Translations under genes and position numbers: made by a program
Source of the DNA: Fidelibacterota bacterium
GTDB lineage: Bacteria > Fidelibacterota > Marinisomatia > Marinisomatales > Marinisomataceae
Direction: 5' to 3'
NCBI GenBank assembly: GCA_965212055.1
Contig: OZ243041.1
Span: 484,149 to 548,148, forward strand
Length of the DNA: 64,000 bases
In this document: piece by piece, positions 28,071 through 37,414 of the stretch
Numbering within the stretch: the first letter of the stretch is position 1
How the letters are laid out: each line of letters opens with the position of its first letter
The notes under the pieces: generated by a model
Database searches by the model: none
What the model was told of the DNA's origin: nothing
Seen by the model: only the letters and a program-made list of their open reading frames with translations

Positions 28071-28575
28071 GAGACAAAGAATAAGAGTAAATAAAAGAAT
28101 CTATGCAGACGAAATCCGTTTGATTGATAACAATAAAAACCAAGTAGGGGTTGTCAAAGTCCCCGAGGCATTAAGGTTGGCAGAAGAAGCTGGCCTTGAT
28201 TTAGTCGAAATCTCACCGAATGCCAAACCACCTGTGTGTAAAATAATGGACTATGGGAAATACAAGTATGAAGAAAAGAAAAAAGCACAACAGGCTCGTA
28301 AAAATCATCATATAATTAAAGTAAAAGAATTAAGAATGAGACCTAATATTGGAGATCATGATTTAGAGAATAAATTAAAAATGGGAAGAAAATTCCTAAA
28401 TGAGGGTTGTAAGCTCAAATTGAGCATCATGTATCGTGGTCGAGAAATGTCCAGACAAGATTTAGGTGATGCACTTTTAGAAAAAGTTATGTTAAATTTA
28501 AGCGAAGTTGCAGAAATGGAGAAAGATAGTCCTATGATGGGAAGAAAAAAATCTATAATATTAGCTCCTAAATAA
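28066..28575 (+). CDS. infC: translation initiation factor IF-3 (probable AUU start)
   Basis: ..[52 protein letters not shown].. is typical IF3. AAAGGAG (28051-28057) sits 8 nt before in-frame ATT 28066, which overlaps the thrS TAA. In-frame ATG 28048 is the alternative. The track start 27985 lies deep inside thrS. Confidence 0.85.
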   Translation: MKRQRIRVNKRIYADEIRLIDNNKNQVGVVKVPEALRLAEEAGLDLVEISPNAKPPVCKIMDYGKYKYEEKKKAQQARKNHHIIKVKELRMRPNIGDHDLENKLKMGRKFLNEGCKLKLSIMYRGREMSRQDLGDALLEKVMLNLSEVAEMEKDSPMMGRKKSIILAPK

Positions 28576-28585
28576 GGGTATTTTA

Positions 28586-28780
28586 ATGCCAAAACAGAAA
28601 ACAAGAAAAAGCGTATCAAAACGATTTAAACTGACAGGAAGCGGAAAAGTTAAACGCAACCGTGCAGGGCATAAGCATATGTTAATCCGTAGAGATAAGG
28701 ATACAAAACGCGCAGCAAAGAAATCAATCCTTGTTGCACCTTCTGACAAGAAAAAAGTCATAAAAATGATGGGAAAATAG
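28586..28780 (+). CDS. rpmI: 50S ribosomal protein L35
   Basis: [29 protein letters not shown], 64 aa, in the infC-rpmI-rplT context. Confidence 0.95.
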   Translation: MPKQKTRKSVSKRFKLTGSGKVKRNRAGHKHMLIRRDKDTKRAAKKSILVAPSDKKKVIKMMGK

Positions 28781-28787
28781 GTTAACA

Positions 28788-29135
28788 ATGCCAAGATCTA
28801 ATAGTTCAGTTCCAAGACATAGACGACATCGTAAGACTGTCAAATTAGCCAAAGGATACTTTGGTGCAAGAAGTCGTAATTATAAAGCGGCTAAAGATGC
28901 GGTGACAAAAGCAGGGTTGTATGCATATAGAGATCGAAGACAGAAGAAACGTCAATTTAGACGTCTGTGGATTATACGTATTAATGCTGCTGCAAGACTG
29001 AATGGATTATCATATTCAAATTTTATATATCTATTAAAGGAGAAGGGCGTTGATTTAGACAGAAAGGTATTAGCAGATTTAGCTGTTAATAACCCATCTG
29101 TTTTTGAAGACCTCGTAAAATATCTGAAAAAATAA
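28788..29135 (+). CDS. rplT: 50S ribosomal protein L20
   Basis: MPRS...[20 protein letters not shown]...[23 protein letters not shown], 115 aa. Confidence 0.95.
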   Translation: MPRSNSSVPRHRRHRKTVKLAKGYFGARSRNYKAAKDAVTKAGLYAYRDRRQKKRQFRRLWIIRINAAARLNGLSYSNFIYLLKEKGVDLDRKVLADLAVNNPSVFEDLVKYLKK

Positions 29136-29143
29136 AATAAAAG

Positions 29144-30127
29144 GTGTCTATGGATAAAGCTATTAATAAGGTTAAGACATCTTTTCACTCAGAACTGGAA
29201 TCTTGTAAAACATCAGAAAATCTTGAACAGCTTCGTATTAAATATTTAGGTAGAAAAGGACAACTAACTGATTTGTTTAATCAGTTTGGTGCTCTTAGCA
29301 ATAAGGAAAAACCTAAATATGGAAAAACTTTAAATATTCTTAAGTCAGATCTTACAGCATCCTATAATAACAAACTTGCTACATTTAATTCAGATCAAGG
29401 AAGCGATGACAGAAGAGATTTTTCATTACCAGGGTATGCACTACCAAAAGGGAATATCCATCCTCTTGAACATGTTACTGATGAGATAAAATCTATCTTT
29501 CAATCTATTGGATTCTCAGTGGCTTATGGTCCAGAAATTGATGATGATTACCATAATTTTGAAGCACTAAATGTGCCTAAACACCATCCTGCAAGGGATA
29601 TGCAAGATACCTTTTTTATTGATTCAGATGTAGTATTACGTACCCATACTTCCAATGTCCAGATTCATTTGATGGAAAATCAAGATCCGCCTCTCCGACA
29701 TATTTGTTGTGGAAGAGTATTTAGAAATGAAGCAGTCAGTTATAAGAGCTTTTGTTTATTCCATCAAGTAGAAGGATTGGTTATTAATGAATCATCTTCA
29801 TTTGCAGAGATGAAAGGAACCTTAGAATATTTTGCAAAAGAAATGTTTGGGAAAGACACAAAAATGCGTTTTCGACCAAGTTATTTTCCGTTTACAGAGC
29901 CAAGTGCAGAAGTTGATATCTGGAATGATAAATTAAACCAATGGATGGAAATTCTTGGATGCGGAATGGTTAACCCAAATGTTTTAGAAAATGTTGGATA
30001 TGATAGTGAAAAATATCAAGGATTTGCCTTTGGTATGGGAATAGAACGTATTGCAATGATTAAATATGGCATTAGAGATATCAGACTATTTTATCAAAAT
30101 GATAAACGATTTTTGGAGCAATTTTAA
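29144..30127 (+). CDS. pheS: phenylalanine--tRNA ligase alpha subunit
   Basis: HPARDMQDTFF, RTHTS, FRNEAVS, and the class II motif 3 region GFAFGMGIERIAM. ATG 29150 (6 nt after AAAAGG) is a likely true start. Confidence 0.93.
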   Translation: MSMDKAINKVKTSFHSELESCKTSENLEQLRIKYLGRKGQLTDLFNQFGALSNKEKPKYGKTLNILKSDLTASYNNKLATFNSDQGSDDRRDFSLPGYALPKGNIHPLEHVTDEIKSIFQSIGFSVAYGPEIDDDYHNFEALNVPKHHPARDMQDTFFIDSDVVLRTHTSNVQIHLMENQDPPLRHICCGRVFRNEAVSYKSFCLFHQVEGLVINESSSFAEMKGTLEYFAKEMFGKDTKMRFRPSYFPFTEPSAEVDIWNDKLNQWMEILGCGMVNPNVLENVGYDSEKYQGFAFGMGIERIAMIKYGIRDIRLFYQNDKRFLEQF

Positions 30128-32799
30128 TGAAAGTATCTCTTCCATGGCTTAAGCGTTTTGTAAACTTCAAACAATCTGCATCTGAATTAGCTGATTTATT
30201 AACAATGTTGGGATTTGAATCTGAAGTTGTGACCGATTTTTCTGTACTTAAAAATATTGTTGTAGGAGAAGTAGAATCATCCAAAAAACACCCCAATGCA
30301 GATAAATTAAAGTTCTGTATAGTAAACGATGGTAAGATGACCCATGAAGTTGTATGTGGTGCACCTAATGTTGCTACAGGCCAGAAGATTGTTTTTGCTA
30401 AAGTTGGTGCAGTATTACCGGGAAATTTCAAAATTGGTAAGGCAAAAATTCGAGGAATTGAAAGCAATGGAATGATTTGTTCAGAAAGAGAACTTGGAAT
30501 TTCAGAAGAACATGATGGAATTATGGTATTGGACCCAGGAGTAAAAAATGGTACTAATGTTGCCGACATCTTAGGACCAATGTATGATGCAATTGATATT
30601 GATATTACTCCCGACAAAGCGTTTGCATTAAGTCATCGTGGTATTGCTAGAGAACTTGCAGCAAAATTCAATAAAAAACTTAAAAGCCCACTTAATGCAA
30701 AAAGAGTTATTCCGGATTCAAAAGAGAAGGTAAAAGTTATCTTAGATAAGAAAGGTGGATGTCCCCGTTATGTTGCAGGAATTGTTAATAATGTAAAAGT
30801 AGGACCTTCACCACAATGGTTATCCGATTATTTAAAGTCAGTTGGACAAAAAAGCATTAATAATCTAGTTGATATTTCAAATTTTATGTTACTTGAAATT
30901 GGACATCCGACCCATATCTTTGATTTAGACAAGTTATCTGAACCAACTATTGAGGTAAAATGGGCAAAAAAAGGAGAAAAATTTGCTGCTCTTGATGAAG
31001 AATCATATATATTAGATTCTGATCATTTAGTTATTACCGATTCGGTTAATACTGTTGCTTTAGCGGGAATTATTGGTGGAAAAGATAGTGCCGTTTCAGA
31101 TACGACAACCAATGTATTGATTGAAAGTGCTTATTTTGATCCTATTGTCGTCAGAAAAGGATCAAAAAAATTAAATTTATTATCAGAAGCTTCTAGAAGA
31201 TTTGAGCGAGGAGCAGACCCAGATGCTACTTTGGATGCATTCTATATGATTGTTAGACTGATGGAAGAGGTTGCTGGTGGGGAATTAGGGTCTATTGTAA
31301 CAGACCAATGTACATTTGATTTAAAACCACGTAAGATAACACTTTCACATAGAAAATTATCAAAATATACTGGATTTAATATTCCCAATAAGAAAGTAGA
31401 ACATATTCTTTCTGGATTACAGATTGGTTGTCAAACAAGGGGAGAGAGCGTTATTCCTATGAATGTAGCAGAAATTCTTTCAAACTCGAATAAACTAGAG
31501 TCTATGAGAATAAGAACGGAATTTAGACCCTTTATGCGCAATATTGTGGATCACTTACAAGTTATTGGTGAGATTACAAGGAAAAATGCAAGCAGTTATC
31601 GTCGTGATATTAGGTTTGGATCAAAAGAAACCTTATCAGAATTAGCCAAAGTACTTAAGAAAAATCATTCTGACAGTCTTCCAAAAGAATTTATTCCTAA
31701 AATAGCAGGGAAAAAGTCCAATAAAAGTGTTGATACACAGAAGTGGATTTGCACGATTCCTTCCTTTAGGGGAGATCTTGTAAATGAAGCTGATTTAATT
31801 GAAGAAATATTGCGTTGTTATGGGTATGATAATATTGTTCCATCCTACAGTTTCTCCTCTCAAATGCAGTATGCAGAAGATGAAGAACGCCCACTATCTC
31901 ATTTAAAGAAGTATTTATCCTCTATTGGATTTCAACAATGTTACAATAATTCCCTTGAAGAAAGAGATAGTATAGCAAAATTCGGAGTAGAATCTCTATC
32001 TGTTATGAATCCTTCTTCTGATAGAATGAATGTTTTACGAACCTCGTTACATCAAGGATTGCTCAAAACGCTTGATTTTAATTACAAAAATGGTACACAA
32101 GATATATTAATCTATGAGCAAGGGACGATATTTGAGAAAAAAGGGGATACCTTGGATGACATTGAGCAAAAAAATGCTTTTTCTTGTCTAGTACATGGTG
32201 ATTTTGCTGAGCCAAATGTTCATTTTAGCCCGATTGAAGGAAATTTCTTCTTATTAAAGGGATTAGCAGAAAATATTTTTAACAATTTATTGAAGATAAA
32301 AATAAAATTTATCAAAGAATCACATTCATATTGTGGTACTTTTTATAACATAGTAGATTCTCAAAAGAATTCAGTTGGATCGCTAGGTATTATAAACGAA
32401 GAATTCTTAAAGGAAATGGATATTTTACACAGGACAGACGTATGTATTATGGATATTAATACAGAAAATTTTAAAGAATGTTTTAATTATAATATTAAAA
32501 CAGAAGATATTGTGTTATATCCGATAGTAAACAGGGATTTAAATTTTATAATGGATAACAGCATAGAATTAGCACAAGTATGTACTACGATAAAGAATGT
32601 CAACCAATCTTTATTAAAGGAAGTAGTTCCTGTAGATGTGTTTGAATCAAAAGAGCTAAAAAATGAGAAAAGTGTGCTGTTTAAGTTGTACTTTCAGAAC
32701 CCTAAGAAAACACTTGAAGATAATGAAGTAAATTCTATTATTGCTGAGATTATAGATATTGTTTTGAAGAAATTTAATGCTAAATTAAGAGACCAATAA
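30127..32799 (+). CDS. pheT: phenylalanine--tRNA ligase beta subunit (with about 100-aa lineage-specific insertion)
   Basis: N-terminal tRNA-binding domain (VVGEVESSKKHPNADKLKFC), B3/4, B5, and IPSFRGDLVNEADLIEEILRCYGYDNI. 890 aa, against roughly 790-810 aa recalled as typical for bacterial PheT. Confidence 0.93.
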   Translation: MKVSLPWLKRFVNFKQSASELADLLTMLGFESEVVTDFSVLKNIVVGEVESSKKHPNADKLKFCIVNDGKMTHEVVCGAPNVATGQKIVFAKVGAVLPGNFKIGKAKIRGIESNGMICSERELGISEEHDGIMVLDPGVKNGTNVADILGPMYDAIDIDITPDKAFALSHRGIARELAAKFNKKLKSPLNAKRVIPDSKEKVKVILDKKGGCPRYVAGIVNNVKVGPSPQWLSDYLKSVGQKSINNLVDISNFMLLEIGHPTHIFDLDKLSEPTIEVKWAKKGEKFAALDEESYILDSDHLVITDSVNTVALAGIIGGKDSAVSDTTTNVLIESAYFDPIVVRKGSKKLNLLSEASRRFERGADPDATLDAFYMIVRLMEEVAGGELGSIVTDQCTFDLKPRKITLSHRKLSKYTGFNIPNKKVEHILSGLQIGCQTRGESVIPMNVAEILSNSNKLESMRIRTEFRPFMRNIVDHLQVIGEITRKNASSYRRDIRFGSKETLSELAKVLKKNHSDSLPKEFIPKIAGKKSNKSVDTQKWICTIPSFRGDLVNEADLIEEILRCYGYDNIVPSYSFSSQMQYAEDEERPLSHLKKYLSSIGFQQCYNNSLEERDSIAKFGVESLSVMNPSSDRMNVLRTSLHQGLLKTLDFNYKNGTQDILIYEQGTIFEKKGDTLDDIEQKNAFSCLVHGDFAEPNVHFSPIEGNFFLLKGLAENIFNNLLKIKIKFIKESHSYCGTFYNIVDSQKNSVGSLGIINEEFLKEMDILHRTDVCIMDINTENFKECFNYNIKTEDIVLYPIVNRDLNFIMDNSIELAQVCTTIKNVNQSLLKEVVPVDVFESKELKNEKSVLFKLYFQNPKKTLEDNEVNSIIAEIIDIVLKKFNAKLRDQ

Positions 32800-32810
32800 A
32801 AGGAAAAATT

Positions 32811-33101
32811 ATGGAAAACAAAGAACCAAAAAGTATAATGGTTAAGATTTTTGGAAGAGATTATCCGTTTAAAGCTACTACAGACGAAGACAGTATTAAG
32901 GAAGCGGCTAGACAAGTCGATAAGAAAATGAAAGATATATCAAGAGAAGCTCCTAATTTGTCTACAGAAGATATTGCAATATTAGCAGCAATGCATCTTT
33001 CTGATAATTTAAATAAAACAAGTAGAGGAGATAGTTCTTTTAAATATCAAATTGAGTCAAGAATTGAATCTTTAATTCAACGCATTGATCAAGTTATTTA
33101 A
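32811..33101 (+). CDS. zapA: cell division protein ZapA
   Basis: VKIFGRDYPFKATTDEDSIKEAARQVDKKMKDI matches the ZapA pattern. Located downstream of pheST as in many bacteria. Confidence 0.8.
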   Translation: MENKEPKSIMVKIFGRDYPFKATTDEDSIKEAARQVDKKMKDISREAPNLSTEDIAILAAMHLSDNLNKTSRGDSSFKYQIESRIESLIQRIDQVI

Positions 33102-33120
33102 GTAAAAAGGAGAAGTTTAA

Positions 33121-33993
33121 GTGTCTGATACAGTAATTTTATCAGGATTAGAAGCGAGTAATGCATTGTATGATAGTTTGCATGCAAGGATAGATGCGTT
33201 AAAATCAAAGCAAATTACTCCTGGATTAGCAGCTATTCTTGTCGGAGAAAACCCTGCTTCTCAGATCTATATTCGTAACAAAACGAAAAAATTTGATTCG
33301 CTTGGGTTAAAATCAGAAATCTATCGTCTTGAAGAAGGGGTATCAGAAGAAGAATTATTAAGGTTAATTGATCAAATTAATAATGATGATACATTTCATG
33401 GAATTTTGGTACAATTACCGCTTCCAGACCATATTGATAGCCAGAAAGTAATTCACGCAATTAGTCCTACAAAAGATGTAGATGGATTTCATCCTGAGAA
33501 TGCTGGATTATTGTCAATAGGAACACCAAGATTTGTTCCATGTACTCCTAAAGGCATCATGTATATACTAAAACATTTTAATGTTGAATTAGATGGAAAA
33601 CATGTTGTAGTGGTAGGAAGAAGTAATATTGTTGGTAGGCCGGTATCTGTACTTTCAAGTCTTAAATCATTAGGAAATGCAACAGTAACGATATGTCATA
33701 GCGGAACTAGCGACCTAAAACAATTTACAACCCAAGGAGATATTGTTGTGGCTGCAATGGGTTCACCAGAATTTTTAGATGCCTCTTTTATTAAAGAAGG
33801 GGCTTGTTTAGTAGATGTTGGAATTAATCGTATAGAACGTGATGGAAAATCAACCATTGTTGGAGATGTTAATCAGGCAAGTGTGATGGGGAAAGCAAGT
33901 GCATTAACTCCCGTACCAAAAGGAGTTGGTCCAATGACAATAGCGATGTTAGTAGAAAACACCGTTTTATCCGCGGAGCTGTCTTTAAACTAA
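33121..33993 (+). CDS. folD: bifunctional methylenetetrahydrofolate dehydrogenase/cyclohydrolase
   Basis: PGLAAILVGENPASQIYIRNK, HGILVQLPLP, VDGFHP, GRSNIVGRP, PGGVGPMT-type C-terminus. GTG start after AAGGAG. Confidence 0.95.
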   Translation: MSDTVILSGLEASNALYDSLHARIDALKSKQITPGLAAILVGENPASQIYIRNKTKKFDSLGLKSEIYRLEEGVSEEELLRLIDQINNDDTFHGILVQLPLPDHIDSQKVIHAISPTKDVDGFHPENAGLLSIGTPRFVPCTPKGIMYILKHFNVELDGKHVVVVGRSNIVGRPVSVLSSLKSLGNATVTICHSGTSDLKQFTTQGDIVVAAMGSPEFLDASFIKEGACLVDVGINRIERDGKSTIVGDVNQASVMGKASALTPVPKGVGPMTIAMLVENTVLSAELSLN

Positions 33994-34003
33994 AGGAAGA
34001 ATT

Positions 34004-35788
34004 ATGAAGAAATTTTTTATACTTTTATTATTATTTTTTATCGGATGTACTGGGACAAACGTCAGTGATGACGAGGTCAAAAAAGCTAACCAATTCTTTG
34101 AATCTATCTTTTTAGATCAAGTACAAGATAGTCCTGAATTTCAGACACGTTTAGGGTATAAATCTAATTATGATCAATGGGATGATATTACTTGGGAAGA
34201 ACGTAGAAGAAAGACAAAAAAAGCCACGCATGACTTAGAATATCTGCACGATAATATTGATTATGAAAAATTGGATGAACCTGCCAAAATTAGCTATCGA
34301 TTGATTGAAAGAAGATTTGAAAGACAAATCGAATCTAGTGACTATATTTTTAATTCATATCCAATCACACACCGAGGAGGAAAACACTCTTCGATTCCAT
34401 CTTTCTTGATTAATTATCACAAAGTTGATGACGAAGATGACGTCAAAGACTATTTAAAACGATTACGCAATATTGAACCATTGATAGACGATTTAATTAA
34501 AGAGTTAGAATTAAGAGAAGATTTAAATATTCTTGCTCCAAAATTTGTGTATCCGCAAGCAATTAAAGTTTCTCAAAATATCATTGCTGGATACCCATTC
34601 GAAGATGTCAAAAAAAGAAATGTTATTTTTGATGATTTTAGTAAAAAACTTGATAAGCTAGATCTATCTGGTCCTGTTAAGACTCGTTACTCAAGTGAGG
34701 CAGAAGCGATTCTTGTAACGATTGTAAATAGTTCTTATCGAAAATTAATTGATTTTCTTTCGATACAAGAAACAAAAGCAACTGATAATTTTGGGGTATG
34801 GAAATACACCAATGGAGCAGAATATTATCAATTCCAACTTGATGGGTTTACAACACTTGGGTTAACCCCTGAGCAAGTACATGCAACTGGATTACAAGAA
34901 GTAGAACGTATTCATCAGGAAATCTATGGCATTATGGAAGAAACCCAATTTGAAGGAACATTACAGGACTTCTTTGAATTTATGCGTACAGATCCACAAT
35001 TTTACTATCCAGACAATCAAAAAGGGCGCGAGGCATACCTGAACCAGGTAAATGTAGTTATGGACACATTAACCGCTAATATTGATCAATTATTCAATGG
35101 ATTGCCGAGCATTCCGTTTGTTGTAAAGGCAGTAGAGCCATATCGTGAAGAATCTGCTGGCATTGCATTCTATCAACGCGGAAAAGCCGATGGAAGTAGA
35201 CCAGGGATTTATTATGCTAATTTGTATACCATGCAGGATATGCCAACGTATAAACTAGAGAATTTAGCGTACCACGAAGCAATCCCAGGGCATCATATGC
35301 AAATTTCAATTGCTTTAGAAACCAAAGGCATGCCTAGTTTTAGAAAATATGGTGGATATAGTGTATATAGCGAAGGATGGGCATTGTATTCAGAAACCCT
35401 TCCTAAAGAAGTAGGCTTATACAAAGATCCTTATTCTGATTTTGGACGACTATCTGGTGAATTATGGAGAGCATGTCGTTTGGTAGTAGATACTGGGATT
35501 CATCACTATCGTTGGACCAGGGAAGAAGGGATTGAATATTATCGTAGCAATACTGCTAATCCAGAAGGGGAATGCGTAAAAATGGTAGAACGCCATATTG
35601 TATGGCCAGGCCAGGCAGTGTCTTATAAAATTGGGATGTTAAAAATTCAAGAATTACGTGAATATGCTGAAACAGCATTAGGAGAAAAGTTTTCTCTACA
35701 AGATTTTCATGACATTGTATTAAAAAATGGTGCTATGACAATGGATGTCCTACACGATGTGGTATACCAATGGGTAGAAAACCAGTAA
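34004..35788 (+). CDS. DUF885-family lipoprotein (metallopeptidase-like)
   Basis: Lipobox FFIGCTG. HEAIPGHHMQ motif characteristic of DUF885. 594 aa. Confidence 0.8.
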   Translation: MKKFFILLLLFFIGCTGTNVSDDEVKKANQFFESIFLDQVQDSPEFQTRLGYKSNYDQWDDITWEERRRKTKKATHDLEYLHDNIDYEKLDEPAKISYRLIERRFERQIESSDYIFNSYPITHRGGKHSSIPSFLINYHKVDDEDDVKDYLKRLRNIEPLIDDLIKELELREDLNILAPKFVYPQAIKVSQNIIAGYPFEDVKKRNVIFDDFSKKLDKLDLSGPVKTRYSSEAEAILVTIVNSSYRKLIDFLSIQETKATDNFGVWKYTNGAEYYQFQLDGFTTLGLTPEQVHATGLQEVERIHQEIYGIMEETQFEGTLQDFFEFMRTDPQFYYPDNQKGREAYLNQVNVVMDTLTANIDQLFNGLPSIPFVVKAVEPYREESAGIAFYQRGKADGSRPGIYYANLYTMQDMPTYKLENLAYHEAIPGHHMQISIALETKGMPSFRKYGGYSVYSEGWALYSETLPKEVGLYKDPYSDFGRLSGELWRACRLVVDTGIHHYRWTREEGIEYYRSNTANPEGECVKMVERHIVWPGQAVSYKIGMLKIQELREYAETALGEKFSLQDFHDIVLKNGAMTMDVLHDVVYQWVENQ

Positions 35789-35791
35789 GAA

Positions 35792-36130
35792 ATGATTATT
35801 ATTAAAACCACTTCCGATAGCCATAAGACTATTAAGTTGATAGCAAATACGTTGCTTAATAAACGATATGCGGCGTGTGTTAATATTCTTCCACGCATTC
35901 GTTCTAAGTATATTTGGGAAGGACGTATTGTGGAATCACGAGAAAGTGCACTATTGATTAAAACGGTAGCGAAAATGGAAAAGAAAGTGTATACCACAAT
36001 TAAAAAATTACATAACTATGATGTACCGGAAATTACCACAATTGAAACAAGCAATGTTGATGCAGATTATTTAAATTGGGTAGAAGGTTCGTTAAAAAAT
36101 AAATCAAAAAAGGAGAAGGTTAAAAAATGA
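35792..36130 (+). CDS. cutA: divalent-cation tolerance protein CutA
   Basis: ..LLNKRYAACVNILPRIRSKYIWEGRIVESRESALLIKT..LHNYDVPEI.. is the CutA1 pattern. Confidence 0.85.
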   Translation: MIIIKTTSDSHKTIKLIANTLLNKRYAACVNILPRIRSKYIWEGRIVESRESALLIKTVAKMEKKVYTTIKKLHNYDVPEITTIETSNVDADYLNWVEGSLKNKSKKEKVKK

Positions 36131-36234
36131 GTAATGTAGGACTATTGGAGCTCTTGATTTTAGGAACTTTGTTTCTTGGTCTGATAATAGCAGTAATAGT
36201 TTTTTTAATTATTTTTATTAAAAAGTCAAAATGA
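36127..36234 (+). CDS. 35-aa single-TM mini-protein (below ORF-track cutoff)
   Basis: ATGA overlap with the cutA stop. MSNVGLLELLILGTLFLGLIIAVIVFLIIFIKKSK. Confidence 0.4.
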   Translation: MSNVGLLELLILGTLFLGLIIAVIVFLIIFIKKSK

Positions 36235-36374
36235 ACGATAACAATTATAAAGAATCTACATGGTATAAAATTGAGAGATTTTTTGATCGACACAATCATC
36301 TGATGGAGTTTATCAGAACAATATTGGCACTGCTTGTGTTGAGTCTACAGCTTTATATCATTTCAAGATTATAG
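36231..36374 (+). CDS. 47-aa mini-protein with C-terminal TM helix (below ORF-track cutoff)
   Basis: ATGA overlap with the previous mini-ORF. MNDNNYKESTWYKIERFFDRHNHLMEFIRTILALLVLSLQLYIISRL. Confidence 0.4.
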   Translation: MNDNNYKESTWYKIERFFDRHNHLMEFIRTILALLVLSLQLYIISRL

Positions 36375-36388
36375 AAAAGGGAGAGTTA

Positions 36389-37381
36389 ATGTCTAAGAAA
36401 TTAGAACTATTGCTTGCATTTTTAGCAATGGTAGCAGGATTAACATTTTTAGTATATACCATAAATGATGTTTTTTTCACCGAAGATGATGGGGTGGAGA
36501 TGATTACTATTGATGGAGGCCATCAAGTCTGGACACAGAAAGTAGGGGATAATCCATCTGTAAAGATACTGTTACTTCATGGGGGACCAGGTGCTACCCA
36601 TGAATATTTCAAAATTTTTGATGAATATTTCCCAAATGAAGGCATTGAATACTATTATTATGATCAATTAGGGTCTACGAACAGTGATCCAGCAAACGAC
36701 CCAAGCTTATGGACTATAGAACGCTTCGTAGAAGAAGTAGAAACAGTCAGAAAAGCATTAGACCTAGACAAGTCAAATTTTTATGTTTTAGGGCATTCAT
36801 GGGGCGGTATTCTTGGCATGGAATATGCCCTCAAATATCAAGATAATATGAAGGGATTAATCGTATCTAATATGATGGCAAGTATTCCTGCATATAACAA
36901 GTATGCTGACGAAGTATTGGGTCCACAAATGCCACCAGAAGTGTTGGCAGAAATTCAAGCATTCGAAGCAGCAAAAGACTTTACAAATCCTCGTTATATG
37001 GAATTGTTATTACCACACCATTATCAAACACATATGTTGCGAATTCCTCTCGAAGAATGGCCAGATGAAGTCAACAATGCATTCGCAAATATTAATCAAG
37101 ATATGTATGTTGCGATGCAAGGACCGAGTGAATTTGGAGCGTCTGGATTACTAGAATTTTGGGATATTACAGACAAGCTATCTACTATCACCATTCCAAC
37201 ATTGGTTATTGCAGGAACCCATGATACCATGGATCCAGAACATAAAGAATGGATGGCAAATGAATTTCCTAATGGAGAATATCTTTTGTGTCCAGATGGA
37301 AGTCATATGGCCATGTGGGATGATACCGACACTTATATCAATGGTGTATTTAATTTTATAGAGAAGGTAGAGGGAAACTAA
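36389..37381 (+). CDS. proline iminopeptidase-family alpha/beta hydrolase (membrane-anchored)
   Basis: LLLHGGPGATHEY, nucleophile elbow GHSWGG, and C-terminal DGSHMAMWD. N-terminal TM helix. Confidence 0.8.
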   Translation: MSKKLELLLAFLAMVAGLTFLVYTINDVFFTEDDGVEMITIDGGHQVWTQKVGDNPSVKILLLHGGPGATHEYFKIFDEYFPNEGIEYYYYDQLGSTNSDPANDPSLWTIERFVEEVETVRKALDLDKSNFYVLGHSWGGILGMEYALKYQDNMKGLIVSNMMASIPAYNKYADEVLGPQMPPEVLAEIQAFEAAKDFTNPRYMELLLPHHYQTHMLRIPLEEWPDEVNNAFANINQDMYVAMQGPSEFGASGLLEFWDITDKLSTITIPTLVIAGTHDTMDPEHKEWMANEFPNGEYLLCPDGSHMAMWDDTDTYINGVFNFIEKVEGN

Positions 37382-37414
37382 ATCAAATTAGAACATCTAA
37401 CTGAAGGAAAAATT

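Noticed and set aside
30081-30617. 178-aa ORF on the - strand inside pheS/pheT, and many similar antisense ORFs such as 274..561, 12439..12720, 42943..43423 and 61955..62275
   Set aside because: They lie entirely inside well-supported genes on the opposite strand. Their composition is low-complexity or shadow-frame (S/P/L/I-rich), and they show no recognisable motifs.
31441-31743. The pheT insertion considered as an intein
   Set aside because: It is only about 100 aa. It lacks the N-terminal Cys/Ser and C-terminal His-Asn plus Cys/Ser/Thr splice-junction residues, and it has no endonuclease motifs.
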